64,000 bases of DNA from Candidatus Bathyarchaeota archaeon (lineage in GTDB: Archaea; Thermoproteota; Bathyarchaeia; Bathyarchaeales; Bathycorpusculaceae). The DNA is taken from contig CAVYES010000007.1 in assembly GCA_963767735.1 (NCBI GenBank), forward strand, positions 288,001-352,000, read 5' to 3'. Each line of letters begins with the position of its first letter. Position 1 is the stretch's first letter. This document shows positions 42,196 to 51,572 of this stretch, one piece after another. A program made the translations under genes and the position numbers. The notes beneath the pieces were generated by a model, which ran no database searches, was not told where the DNA came from, and saw only the letters and a program-made list of their open reading frames with translations.

Positions 42196-42340
42196 TGAGC
42201 GGGTAGTTTCACTCTTGCTTAATGCGCATTGCGAAATTCTCTTTTTCAGTCATCCCCAGCTTGTTTGCTACCTTTTTAGTAGAATAATTTAAAAACTCAT
42301 TTGAAAATAAAATATGTGGATTTATGCCCAAGTATGAGGA

Positions 42341-43510
42341 TTGGCTTTGGACATTAGCATCTTTATTCCGGTTTACAAAGAATCGAACCAGTTAGAGTCC
42401 ATGTTAAATAAGTTAAGTTCTCAAAACGTAAAAAAAGAAGTTTTTGTAACAGTTGATGAGCCAACCCAAGATTTTTCCGAGAAAATAAAACAGTTAGAAA
42501 ACGAGAACACAAAATTCATCGTTAACAAAGAACGCGTAGGGAAGGCGAACGCACTAAACAGCGCAGTAAAGTTGTCTTTTGGAAAAGTGCTGCTTTTCCT
42601 TGATTCCGACGTTGAAATAAGTGATGCTGCTGATTTTTTGAAAAAAATTATTATGGAAATGCAGCTGGCTGACGTGCTTGATATAAAAAAGAAGGTTGCA
42701 AAAGGGAAATCATTTTTGTCCAAGATGGCGTACTATGAATATTTTACGTTTAACATTAGCACTTGGTTATCGTCAAGGTACATGCACAAGTGCCCCGCCG
42801 TGAACGGCGCAGCATTTGCGATTAAACGGGAAATGTTCGAGAAAATTGGCGGTTTCCACAAGGTTGTGGCGGAAGACATTGACATCGCAACAAGAGCTTT
42901 CCTTGAAGGCAGCAGCTTCGCGTACACTACTGACGTTGAAGTAAAAAACGTTGTTTACTCTGAATGGGGAAAATGGTTTAAGCAGCGGCGAAGATGGGCA
43001 ATAGGTCAGGCGCTGTGGTTTGGAAACTGGTATCGTGATTTAGCAAAAAAATTCGTAAAGAAACCGCAAGTTTTTCTGCCAAGTTTATTCTTTCTCTATC
43101 CTTCAGTCGCCATTTTTCTTTTGAGCGTCCTTATGCCAAACCTCTGGGTGTACAATTCGATACTGATTTTCTCGCTGTTTTTATCGGTAAAATTCAACAT
43201 TTTATTGCCAGTTTTTCTAGTTTCTCTTGCAACCGCAAACTTACTTAAAGTGCTGGTGATTTCGCTAGCTAGTTTCGGGTTAACTGCCGCCGTTTTCTAC
43301 GGTTTCTCAAGAAAACTCGGGTTTAGAGAAATAAAACTTCACGAATTATTCGTTTACTACTTTTTCTACTCAAACATATGGCTGGTGCTTATAATTATTG
43401 GTTCTATCCAAGTTTTCGTTTTTAAGAAAAAAGTTGCGCCAGGCTGGAGAACTGAGGCGCCAAAAAGCGACATGCAACAAGTCAGTCCTTCTTCATTGCC
43501 TGCGCCTTGA
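42341..43510 (+). CDS. membrane glycosyltransferase family 2
   Basis: IPVYKE, GKANALN, FLDSD, AEDID, QRRRW, C-terminal TM segments. Confidence 0.88.
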   Translation: MALDISIFIPVYKESNQLESMLNKLSSQNVKKEVFVTVDEPTQDFSEKIKQLENENTKFIVNKERVGKANALNSAVKLSFGKVLLFLDSDVEISDAADFLKKIIMEMQLADVLDIKKKVAKGKSFLSKMAYYEYFTFNISTWLSSRYMHKCPAVNGAAFAIKREMFEKIGGFHKVVAEDIDIATRAFLEGSSFAYTTDVEVKNVVYSEWGKWFKQRRRWAIGQALWFGNWYRDLAKKFVKKPQVFLPSLFFLYPSVAIFLLSVLMPNLWVYNSILIFSLFLSVKFNILLPVFLVSLATANLLKVLVISLASFGLTAAVFYGFSRKLGFREIKLHELFVYYFFYSNIWLVLIIIGSIQVFVFKKKVAPGWRTEAPKSDMQQVSPSSLPAP

Positions 43511-44192
43511 GCTCTTTAGGCATCAGTTCAATCGCGTACCTTAAAGCTGTTCTAGGCATAATCTTCCTGTTTTGAACGACGTAGTCGAAAACCTCTTTTT
43601 GATGCTTTCGGCTTTCCTCTTTAAGCAGCCACCCATAACCTTTCTGCACTATATCGTCCTCGTCAATCAACAGCAGGTCACATATCTCGAAGGCTCCTTG
43701 CATGAAACAGCCTTTTTTCGCTGGAACAATAAGCGACACAGTCGCAGCCCGTTTAAGCCAACGGTTTTCAGATTTACCCCACACTTTCAGTTCATTCAGG
43801 CTCTCTGGATATTTCTCGATTAAGTCGCCGATGGTGTGGTTGCAGAAACTGTCGCATTTAGCCCAATTATTGATGTACCGTTCAATCCATATCTTAAATG
43901 TTGCCAAATCGCCTGGTTCAATGTGCTCGATGTAGTTGGGCAGCCAGAAGGAAACTATGAACGCTTCTTCAGTGAAGTCTGAACGGAAAAGCTCTTCGCA
44001 TAACTTGAAAATTTCCTGTTTGTCCCGATTTTTTATTTGTTTCCAATATTTTTTTGCTATTTTGCCGACGACTTCAGTTTTGACCCCATAATATTTTACT
44101 TGTTCTTTAAAGAAACGTTGGAAACTTTTTTGTATTTGCTGATCTGTATTGGCTTTGAGTTCTTCTCTTATCTGCACGAGAATATTGTTCAT
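43482..44192 (-). CDS. DNA alkylation repair protein (AlkD-like)
   Basis: NNWAKCD, NRWLKR, VQKGYGWLLKE, MPRTALRYAIE. Confidence 0.88.
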   Translation of the reverse strand: MNNILVQIREELKANTDQQIQKSFQRFFKEQVKYYGVKTEVVGKIAKKYWKQIKNRDKQEIFKLCEELFRSDFTEEAFIVSFWLPNYIEHIEPGDLATFKIWIERYINNWAKCDSFCNHTIGDLIEKYPESLNELKVWGKSENRWLKRAATVSLIVPAKKGCFMQGAFEICDLLLIDEDDIVQKGYGWLLKEESRKHQKEVFDYVVQNRKIMPRTALRYAIELMPKELKAQAMKKD

Positions 44193-44282
44193 GGCTTAAA
44201 GGTAGACTTAATGAAATAATAGCTTTTTCTAAATATTGTGGACGAAAAAGTTGAGCGTAAAATCAAGGAAGAGAAGTGTTGG

Positions 44283-44573
44283 TCAGTAGTCTTCCATTTG
44301 GTAGAGGCCGAGATCGATGTTCAAAGGTTTTTCTGGTCCATGGGAATCTTCTAAGTCATAGAGGCACTGGGTAGCTTTCTCCAGTCTGCTTGTTCTTTTA
44401 ACGGGCATTTTATTTTTAACCATCCTGGTGTTCATTTTGTTTTTTGGTTTACGAACTATGTGGGAGCCTCCAATCACCATTGAGTTGTCGATGATTTTTG
44501 GTGCAATCTCAACTTTTGCATCCTCGATGGTAAATGGAGCCTTTAGCGTTTCATCTTGTAAATGTTTAGTCAA
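44283..44573 (-). CDS. hypothetical protein
   Basis: TTG start overlapping the upstream RHH stop. Confidence 0.6.
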   Translation of the reverse strand: MTKHLQDETLKAPFTIEDAKVEIAPKIIDNSMVIGGSHIVRKPKNKMNTRMVKNKMPVKRTSRLEKATQCLYDLEDSHGPEKPLNIDLGLYQMEDY

Positions 44574-44721
44574 CGCCTTTGCGCCTCCATACCTCGGCAC
44601 TGATTAAGTCTCGAATTGCTACCCTTATGGCTTCGGCACGGTTAGGGTAGAATCTTTCGTCTACCAGCTGGTCCAAAGCTTTTATATATGTTTCAGGCAG
44701 ATACAGAGTGATCAATTTCAT
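44566..44721 (-). CDS. ribbon-helix-helix regulator (CopG/CdrS-like)
   Basis: manual translation MKLITLYLPETYIKALDQLVDERFYPNRAEAIRVAIRDLISAEVWRRKGVD; GAGGT RBS-like motif. Confidence 0.85.
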   Translation of the reverse strand: MKLITLYLPETYIKALDQLVDERFYPNRAEAIRVAIRDLISAEVWRRKGVD

Positions 44722-44936
44722 TTAGTTACCTCTCCCGATTTAGTGAGTGAATACACACACTGGTATTTGTTTTAGATATATATGCTTAATATGCTACAAA
44801 TATGCTTATAACATGTTCATGCCACAGCTTATAAGCGTTCAATAGGCAAGGATGCAGGTTTCTGTCTATTTCAGCTCAGCAACCTTTAAGTTTTTATCTC
44901 TTGTTGAAACATCTAACATGCTGGTGTACATGGTCA

Positions 44937-46220
44937 ATGCAGGTTTTCGTTAAAAGCTTCGGCTGCTCAGCCAATACAGCTGATAGCGAGGTCTTAGCAG
45001 GCTGCCTAGCACACGCAGGCTTCAAACTGGCAGCTTCAGAATCAGAAGCTGACATTTTAATCTACAATACCTGCGCCGTGAAAGGCCCAACCGAAAACCG
45101 AATCATCTACGCCATGAAGCAAGCACCAAAAGGCAAAAAACTCATTGTCGCAGGCTGTTTACCCATTATTAGTTTTGAGAGACTACTGCATGAAGTGCAT
45201 TTTGACGGCGCAGTTGGTCCTTCGATAGGCAGCGGAATCGTTGATGTTGTTTCCCGTGTTTTAGCTGGAGAAAAAGTCGTGGAACTAACAAGTTTGAATT
45301 GTAAGCCGAAACTTGATTTGCCAAAAGTGAAGTCCAACCCATTAATCAGTGTTGTTCCGGTGAATTATGGTTGTTTAGGCTCGTGCGCTTATTGCTGTGT
45401 TGTTTTTGCGCGTGGCCACCTGAGGAGCTACGGCATAAGAGAAGTGGTTGAACGCGTAGAAAGCGACCTTGCCTCGGGCGCAAAAGAGTTTTGGGTAACC
45501 TCGCAAGATACGGCCTGTTATGGACGAGATTTACAAAGTAACCTTGCAGATTTGCTACTGGAGCTTGGTGGTTTAGCTGGCGATTTTAAGGTTCGAGTTG
45601 GCATGATGACGCCAAACCTGGTAATTGACATGCAGGATAAGCTGATTGATGCTTTTGGAAGCAACAAGATTTTCAAGTTTGTGCATTTGCCAGTTCAAAG
45701 CGGCGATAACGGCACATTAAAGCGTATGCGAAGATTTTACACCGCCGACCAATTCAAGGGCATTGTAGATGCGTTTCGGACAAAGTTTCCTGATTTGACG
45801 CTTGCCACAGACGTCATCGTGGGTTTTCCAGGCGAAACAACCGAAGATTTTGAGAACACTCTTAAGCTTTTGGAGGACGTTAAGCCAGATGTGGTTAATA
45901 TTTCGAAGTTTTTTGCCAGACCAAAAACAGCAGCAGCTCAAATCCAAGATGGTTTGGTTGAGCGAGAGGAGATTAAGCGTAGAAGCACAGTTTCGGCTCA
46001 GTTGGCTAAGAGGATTTCTTTGGAGCGGAATCAACGTTGGGTGGGCTGGGTTGGCGAAGTGCTTGTTGATGAGGAGGGAAAAGTGGAGGGGTCATGGGTT
46101 GGACGCAACTTTGCCTACAAACCAGTCGCCGTAAAAAGCAAAGATAACTTGTTGGGAAAAACGGTGAGGGTTAAGGTCGTGGAGGCTTCAACTACTTATC
46201 TTAAGGGAACAATCGTTTGA
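44937..46220 (+). CDS. tRNA t6A methylthiotransferase (MiaB-like radical SAM, archaeal MtaB type)
   Basis: SFGCSAN, NTCAVK, AGCLP, CLGSCAYC, HLPVQSG, IVGFPGE, TRAM domain. Confidence 0.92.
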   Translation: MQVFVKSFGCSANTADSEVLAGCLAHAGFKLAASESEADILIYNTCAVKGPTENRIIYAMKQAPKGKKLIVAGCLPIISFERLLHEVHFDGAVGPSIGSGIVDVVSRVLAGEKVVELTSLNCKPKLDLPKVKSNPLISVVPVNYGCLGSCAYCCVVFARGHLRSYGIREVVERVESDLASGAKEFWVTSQDTACYGRDLQSNLADLLLELGGLAGDFKVRVGMMTPNLVIDMQDKLIDAFGSNKIFKFVHLPVQSGDNGTLKRMRRFYTADQFKGIVDAFRTKFPDLTLATDVIVGFPGETTEDFENTLKLLEDVKPDVVNISKFFARPKTAAAQIQDGLVEREEIKRRSTVSAQLAKRISLERNQRWVGWVGEVLVDEEGKVEGSWVGRNFAYKPVAVKSKDNLLGKTVRVKVVEASTTYLKGTIV

Positions 46221-46280
46221 AACTAAGTTCATCCAGAATTTTTATATGCGCCCTTCTCCCTTAAAGTGGTTGGGAATTGT

Positions 46281-46505
46281 ATGCGAGACTTCGACGTAGT
46301 GCTTCTGGAAGATGAAACAGGCGGATACGTAGCTATAGTGCCGGCTCTGCCAGGATGCCACACGCAAGGAGACACGTTGGCGGAAGTTATGGAAAACGCG
46401 AAAGAAGCCATAGACCTCTACTGGGAAACTTTAAGTGCGCAAGAGAAAAAAGACCTGTTAAAAGAAAGAGTCGTAGGCATACAAAAAGTGAAAGCACTTG
46501 CCTAA
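46281..46505 (+). CDS. hicB: HicB-family antitoxin
   Basis: GGYVAIVPALPGCHTQGDTLAEVMENAKEAI. Confidence 0.9.
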   Translation: MRDFDVVLLEDETGGYVAIVPALPGCHTQGDTLAEVMENAKEAIDLYWETLSAQEKKDLLKERVVGIQKVKALA

Positions 46506-46730
46506 AATTCCTCCTGTAAATTCTAATCGCTTAATTAAAGTCTTAGAAAAGGAAGGATTCAAGGTTATCCGACAAAAAGGATCTCACGCCATTCTTATTA
46601 ATGAAGAAAAAACTAGAATAGTGGTCCCATACATCCTGGAAAAGAAATTAAACCTGCATTATGCAGGGCAATACTCAGAGAAGCTGGTATAAATCGCGAG
46701 AAATTCTTTAAACTGTTAACGGAGAAATAA
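46498..46730 (+). pseudogene. hicA: HicA-family toxin with a one-base deletion in a C-run at ~46626
   Basis: LEKEGF..RQKGSH; adding one C gives VVPIHPGKEIKP..RAILREAGI. Confidence 0.8.
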
Positions 46731-46734
46731 TGAC

Positions 46735-48150
46735 ATGGAACCAAGAATTTACTTTTTTAACACGTTAACGCGTAAGAAAGAAGTTTTTATTCCGTTGGAA
46801 ACGGGCAAAGTGAAAATGTACACTTGCGGCCCGACAGTTTATGATTATGCTCATATCGGGAATTTTCGGGCTTTTTTGTTTGAGGATTTATTGAAGCGTT
46901 GGCTTTTGTACCGAGGCTTCAAAGTTACGCATGTAATGAACCTAACCGATATCGATGACAAAACCATCAAGGGCAGCCAAACACAACAAATACCTCTCAA
47001 GCAGTACACGGATTTCTATGTGAAAGCGTTTTTCGAAGACACCAAAGCCTTAAACATCCAACCAGCCGACGTTTACCCCCGAGCCACTGAGCATATTTCA
47101 GAAATGGTTGCGTTAATCAAGACTTTGATGGCTAAAGGCTTCGGTTACCGAGGAGAAGATGGCTCAATCTACTTTGCTGTATGCAAGTTTCCGGACTATG
47201 GTAAACTTTCAAAAATCAAAATCGCTGATCTTAAGGCAGGTGCTAGAGTATGCCAAGACGAGTATACTAAAGAAGAAGCTCAAGATTTTGCTCTTTGGAA
47301 GACTTGGACGCCTGAAGACGGCGATGTGTTTTGGGAGACGGAGCTTGGCAAAGGCAGACCGGGTTGGCATATAGAATGTAGCGCCATGAGCATGAAGTAT
47401 CTTGGCGAAACCTTTGATATTCACTGCGGCGGGGTGGATAACATGTTTCCGCATCATGAGAACGAGATTGCGCAAAGCGAAGCAGCCACGGGCAAGAAGT
47501 TTGTAAATTACTGGTTGCACAACGAGCATTTGCAGGTTGAAGGCAAAAAAATGTCTAAGCGCTTTGGCAACTTTTACACGCTCCGAGACCTCTTAGCCAA
47601 AGGTTATGATCCGATCACGATTAGGTACCTGCTTACGTCTACTCATTATCGGCAGCAGTTCAACTTCACTTTTGAAGGCTTAGAATCCGCGAAAAGCGCA
47701 ATTGACAGGTTGAAGAATTTTGTTCGACGCTTGCATGAAACAGACGGCAAAGATAGCAAGGGAAAAGTTGCCGCTTTTACTGAAAAACTTGAGACGTGCT
47801 TCGGCGGATCCATGGATGAAGACTTGGACATTGGAACGGCTTTGGCGTCCTTGTTCGATTTCGTACGGGAAATAAACAGTCTACTTGACGCAAACACCGT
47901 AAGCAAGACAGAAGCATCAGATGTTGGCGGTTTAATGATGCGGATAGATGAAATCTTAGGTGTTATCGGCAAAGTTGAAGTGGAAGAAACCTTGCCAGCG
48001 GACATCGACGCATTAGTGCAGAAGCGTGAGGAAGCCCGAAAAGCCAAAAACTGGAAAGAGGCCGACGCGATAAGAGCACAGCTCAAAGCATTGGGCATCG
48101 TTCTTGAGGATACAGCGCAAGGCGTAAGGTGGCATAAAGAAAAAGCTTAG
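46735..48150 (+). CDS. cysS: cysteine--tRNA ligase
   Basis: CGPTVY, HIGN, GRPGWHIECSAM, FPHHENE, KMSK. Confidence 0.97.
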   Translation: MEPRIYFFNTLTRKKEVFIPLETGKVKMYTCGPTVYDYAHIGNFRAFLFEDLLKRWLLYRGFKVTHVMNLTDIDDKTIKGSQTQQIPLKQYTDFYVKAFFEDTKALNIQPADVYPRATEHISEMVALIKTLMAKGFGYRGEDGSIYFAVCKFPDYGKLSKIKIADLKAGARVCQDEYTKEEAQDFALWKTWTPEDGDVFWETELGKGRPGWHIECSAMSMKYLGETFDIHCGGVDNMFPHHENEIAQSEAATGKKFVNYWLHNEHLQVEGKKMSKRFGNFYTLRDLLAKGYDPITIRYLLTSTHYRQQFNFTFEGLESAKSAIDRLKNFVRRLHETDGKDSKGKVAAFTEKLETCFGGSMDEDLDIGTALASLFDFVREINSLLDANTVSKTEASDVGGLMMRIDEILGVIGKVEVEETLPADIDALVQKREEARKAKNWKEADAIRAQLKALGIVLEDTAQGVRWHKEKA

Positions 48151-48941
48151 CTGGTTTTGCCCGCAAAATTCCATTCGGAGGTAGCGTACTTTTCTTTGCA
48201 AAGCTTATTCGCAAGCTCCACCTCGCAAGCGGTTAACTCTCCGGGCTCAAGCTGAATCTTCAGCATTGCTTTAAACCCCTGTTCCAGCGCGGTAGCTACT
48301 GTTTCAGGCATGACGGCGTGGCCTAGTTCGTTTTGGATGCTTGTGATTTTTCGTTTGCCGATGTCTACGGCTTGGCTGCAACTTGCGTTTTTTAGTTTTA
48401 GAAGTTGGAACATTTTTGGTAAATCAACACTCCGCAACACTGTGCCATGCTGCAAAACGATGCCATGGGTGATGGTTTGGCTGCTGCCTGAGATTTTTTT
48501 GCCATTAACGGTCATGTTTGGGCAGTTTTTGGAGTCGCCGCTGCTGAAGTCGGCGGTTATCCCTAAAAGCCTAAGCGCATCCTTTATCGCCTCATAAATC
48601 TTGGAGTAAACAATGGTGATGTCTGCAGTGCCTATGTCTGTTGTTTTGGCAATTACGCCATAAGTGACTTCGCCCTCAAAATCGTGGTAAACGGTTCCTC
48701 CGCCGCTAATCCGCCGAACCATATCAACACCTAACCGTTTGCAAGCATCCAGGTAAACCTCAGCTTCAGGATTCTGGTTCTTGCCAACGCTTACGGCGGA
48801 TGGCTGCCAACGATAAAACCTAAGCGTATTCGGAACCTGCCCAGCTATTCGCGCAGTTAAAATTGCCTCATCAACTGCCATGTTCATGGAAGCATTGTTG
48901 GTTTCAAGGGGGAGTAAACGCCAAGTATCCATACGATTCAA
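48147..48941 (-). CDS. lplA: lipoate--protein ligase A family protein
   Basis: NMAVDEA, RRISGGGTVYHD, GKKISGS, LQHGT. Confidence 0.9.
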   Translation of the reverse strand: MNRMDTWRLLPLETNNASMNMAVDEAILTARIAGQVPNTLRFYRWQPSAVSVGKNQNPEAEVYLDACKRLGVDMVRRISGGGTVYHDFEGEVTYGVIAKTTDIGTADITIVYSKIYEAIKDALRLLGITADFSSGDSKNCPNMTVNGKKISGSSQTITHGIVLQHGTVLRSVDLPKMFQLLKLKNASCSQAVDIGKRKITSIQNELGHAVMPETVATALEQGFKAMLKIQLEPGELTACEVELANKLCKEKYATSEWNFAGKTS

Positions 48942-49111
48942 TCCTTTTCTTATGGAAATTTGAGTTGCGCTTAAAACTGTTATGCAAATGACGATGCAGT
49001 GAAGATATATTCATATGCGAGTTTTTAAACAAGTAAATGTTGGGATTATAGAATGGTTGCTCGCAAATTCACCGTTTTACTGGAGCCTGCAGAAGAAGGC
49101 GGACTGAAATT

Positions 49112-49514
49112 ATGAACAAAATCTATCTATTGTTAGTTATAGATGACTGTAGAGACATTGACCTTGAAGAGTATTCCAAAACAGGGCATGTACACCGTAT
49201 TAAAGGACCCATAAAAGGCTGGATATTAAATGAGGAAATAGGAATTGACACTATTAGCGGTTTCAAATTGACCGAAGAAGAAGCTAAAAGTTGGGCAGTG
49301 GAAAGATGCAAACTTGGCGAAGAATTAACCCGACAAACCCGTTTCTGAAAAAATTGTTCCTTTTGAAAAACTAATCTATATTGACCATCAAACCGTTCTG
49401 GTTGAACCTGACAGATGGGAAAAACATGTTAAATTCAAAGGATACAGAAGAGAAGATTGTGAACTGCCTGTGTTTGGCTATATAGAACTACTTGAACGGC
49501 CAGAAAAACAATGA
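49112..49514 (+). pseudogene. hypothetical protein with +1 frameshift in a C-run at ~49329
   Basis: ORF continues in an alternative frame to TGA at 49514; preceded by a 20-codon HicB-like stub (49053-49115). Confidence 0.5.
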
Positions 49515-49843
49515 ACAAAGACAATAGAACATAATTCCGTTCTTCTTGTTGCGATTTCCAATAGCAAGTTTCTGAGTTCTAGTAAAAAGAATAGAAGGAT
49601 GTCACAACATATTGGGCACTCAAGTGGAAGCTTCTTTTGCTGATAGATTTGTTCAACTGTGCATGTGAAGCAGAAAAATTACACGTGTAATAATTTAAAC
49701 TAAAACTTAAACGAATCCCTCGTCAAAAACCAAACTAAATAAGTCAAACGGATATCGATAACTTGAAGCATTATTTTTGCTTTAAGCTTCACTCAAGCGT
49801 TCCACCGCATATAGGACATTTCAATGGAAGTTTGTTTTGTATT

Positions 49844-50074
49844 CTATTGAGACGCCCTTCGCCAGCGAAGTTGAATATGTACTCTCTTGATGTAGCCCTG
49901 TTTTTCTAATGAAATTAAGCTGCGGTGAACTGAAGAATATTCCGGTGATTTGTACTCTACAATTTTGCCAAAAATCATCTCGGCAATTTCCTTGGTTGTC
50001 ATGTCAGGTTTTATCTCTAGTATTTCCAAAATTCGTTTTTGGTTTTTAGAGAGACCAGCCAAATCCTGCATCAC
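49844..50074 (-). CDS. winged-helix DNA-binding protein
   Basis: LSKNQKRILEIL..TTKEIAE..VHRSLISLEKQGYI. Confidence 0.8.
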   Translation of the reverse strand: MMQDLAGLSKNQKRILEILEIKPDMTTKEIAEMIFGKIVEYKSPEYSSVHRSLISLEKQGYIKRVHIQLRWRRASQ

Positions 50075-50240
50075 TCTTTTGAGAGCTTAAATTGTTCTAT
50101 CAAAATTAAATCTTTAACCAGCGCTATAACCGCAGTTCTGATAGATAGAATATATCAAGACATGAAATATAAGTTAAGTCAATAAAAAAGGGAAACACTT
50201 GAAAATCCGCACTTCTTAAGAAAATGTGACTATCAAATTT

Positions 50241-50569
50241 TCGTTACTTTCCTTTACGTTTTATTACTTTTCCTTACGTTTCCTTACTTTCTGTTACTTT
50301 TCCTTACTCAACCTGCAAACGTTTCAAAGCCTAAACGAAAAAACCAACCCAAAATAACCAGAACAGTCAGGCAGCACTTACAAATGTTATATCCTCTTCA
50401 AAAAGGCGCAAAAGGACACAGAAATACATTCTGCTACACTTCGCTACGTTCTGCTACATTTGTGTACGCAATTATTTGCGATTAAACGCGATTATTCTCG
50501 ATTATTTGCGATTATTCTAGATTCAACCTGCAAGCAATTTAAGCCCCAAACAAAAAAAACAACCCAAAA
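50241..50569. repeat. composite repeat locus 1: three 10-bp-period arrays and two conserved ~46-bp leaders
   Basis: TTAC x7 (50241-50308), leader 50309-50354, TAC x5 (50421-50470), ATTA x5 (50471-50523), leader 50524-50569. Confidence 0.9.
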
Positions 50570-50690
50570 CACAAATTTTCCGCAAGACACTCCCTATCTA
50601 CTTTTTGTTGACGCAATCAGACACAAAAAGAGCAAATAATAAAGCCTTAAAACCTGAGTCTGCATTCTAAAAGGAAAAGAGGCAAAGTAA

Positions 50691-51572
50691 TTGAAGGTTA
50701 TCTGTGGTCCAGCGTCTAAGGAGCTTGCTGAAGCTGTTTCAGCTCTGACTGGCTTCCAAAACATTCCTGTTGCATCAAAGGTTTTTCCTGACGGCGAATC
50801 ATATGTCCGTTTAGAAGGCAGCGTACAAAGCGAAAACGTCGCAATTGTGCAGACAACATGTCCCCCTCAGCAGGATGGGCGGCTTTTTCAGTTAGCGTTC
50901 ATGGCTGACGCGGCAAAGAGAGGCGGCGCCGTCAAAGTAACCGCGGTCGTCCCGTACCTGGCTTATGCACGTCAAGACAAGATGTTTCTATCAGGCGAAG
51001 GCATAAGCGTAGAAACCGTCGCACGCATGCTCAAAGCCGCGGGAATCGACGAGTTATTAACCATTAACATTCACTCGGAGCAGGCGCTGGAGCAGTTTCC
51101 GTTTCCATCCAAAACAGTGAGCGCCATACCGCTTTTGGCAAAGTATTTTGTGGACAAGGGCTTCAAAGGCGCCTTCGCATTGTCGCCTGACAAGGGTGCA
51201 ATGTACATTGCTAAGCAAGCACAGGAGGTTCTTGGCGGCAAGGCTGGGCATCTGGATAAGCAGCGTGACCGCTACAATGGACAAACCAAACAGACCGCTG
51301 AAGGCTTAAACGTTAAAGACCAAACCGTAATCATCTTCGACGATATCGTCAGCACAGGCGGCACGATTGTGGGAGCGGCAAAAATCCTTCGCGAACAGGG
51401 CGCTAAACATGTTTTCTGCGCTTGCGTGCACGGCTTGCTCATTGGCGACGCACAAAAACGTATCCTTGATGCGGGCGTAGAGGAAATCGTAGGCACCGAC
51501 AGCGTCCCTGGCAGTGTGAGCAAGGTTTCGTTGGCGCCGGTGTTAAGCCAAGAACTAAGGGCGCAAAAATAG
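50691..51572 (+). CDS. prs: ribose-phosphate pyrophosphokinase
   Basis: FPDGE, PYLAYARQD, SPDKGA, DDIVSTGGT. Confidence 0.95.
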   Translation: MKVICGPASKELAEAVSALTGFQNIPVASKVFPDGESYVRLEGSVQSENVAIVQTTCPPQQDGRLFQLAFMADAAKRGGAVKVTAVVPYLAYARQDKMFLSGEGISVETVARMLKAAGIDELLTINIHSEQALEQFPFPSKTVSAIPLLAKYFVDKGFKGAFALSPDKGAMYIAKQAQEVLGGKAGHLDKQRDRYNGQTKQTAEGLNVKDQTVIIFDDIVSTGGTIVGAAKILREQGAKHVFCACVHGLLIGDAQKRILDAGVEEIVGTDSVPGSVSKVSLAPVLSQELRAQK

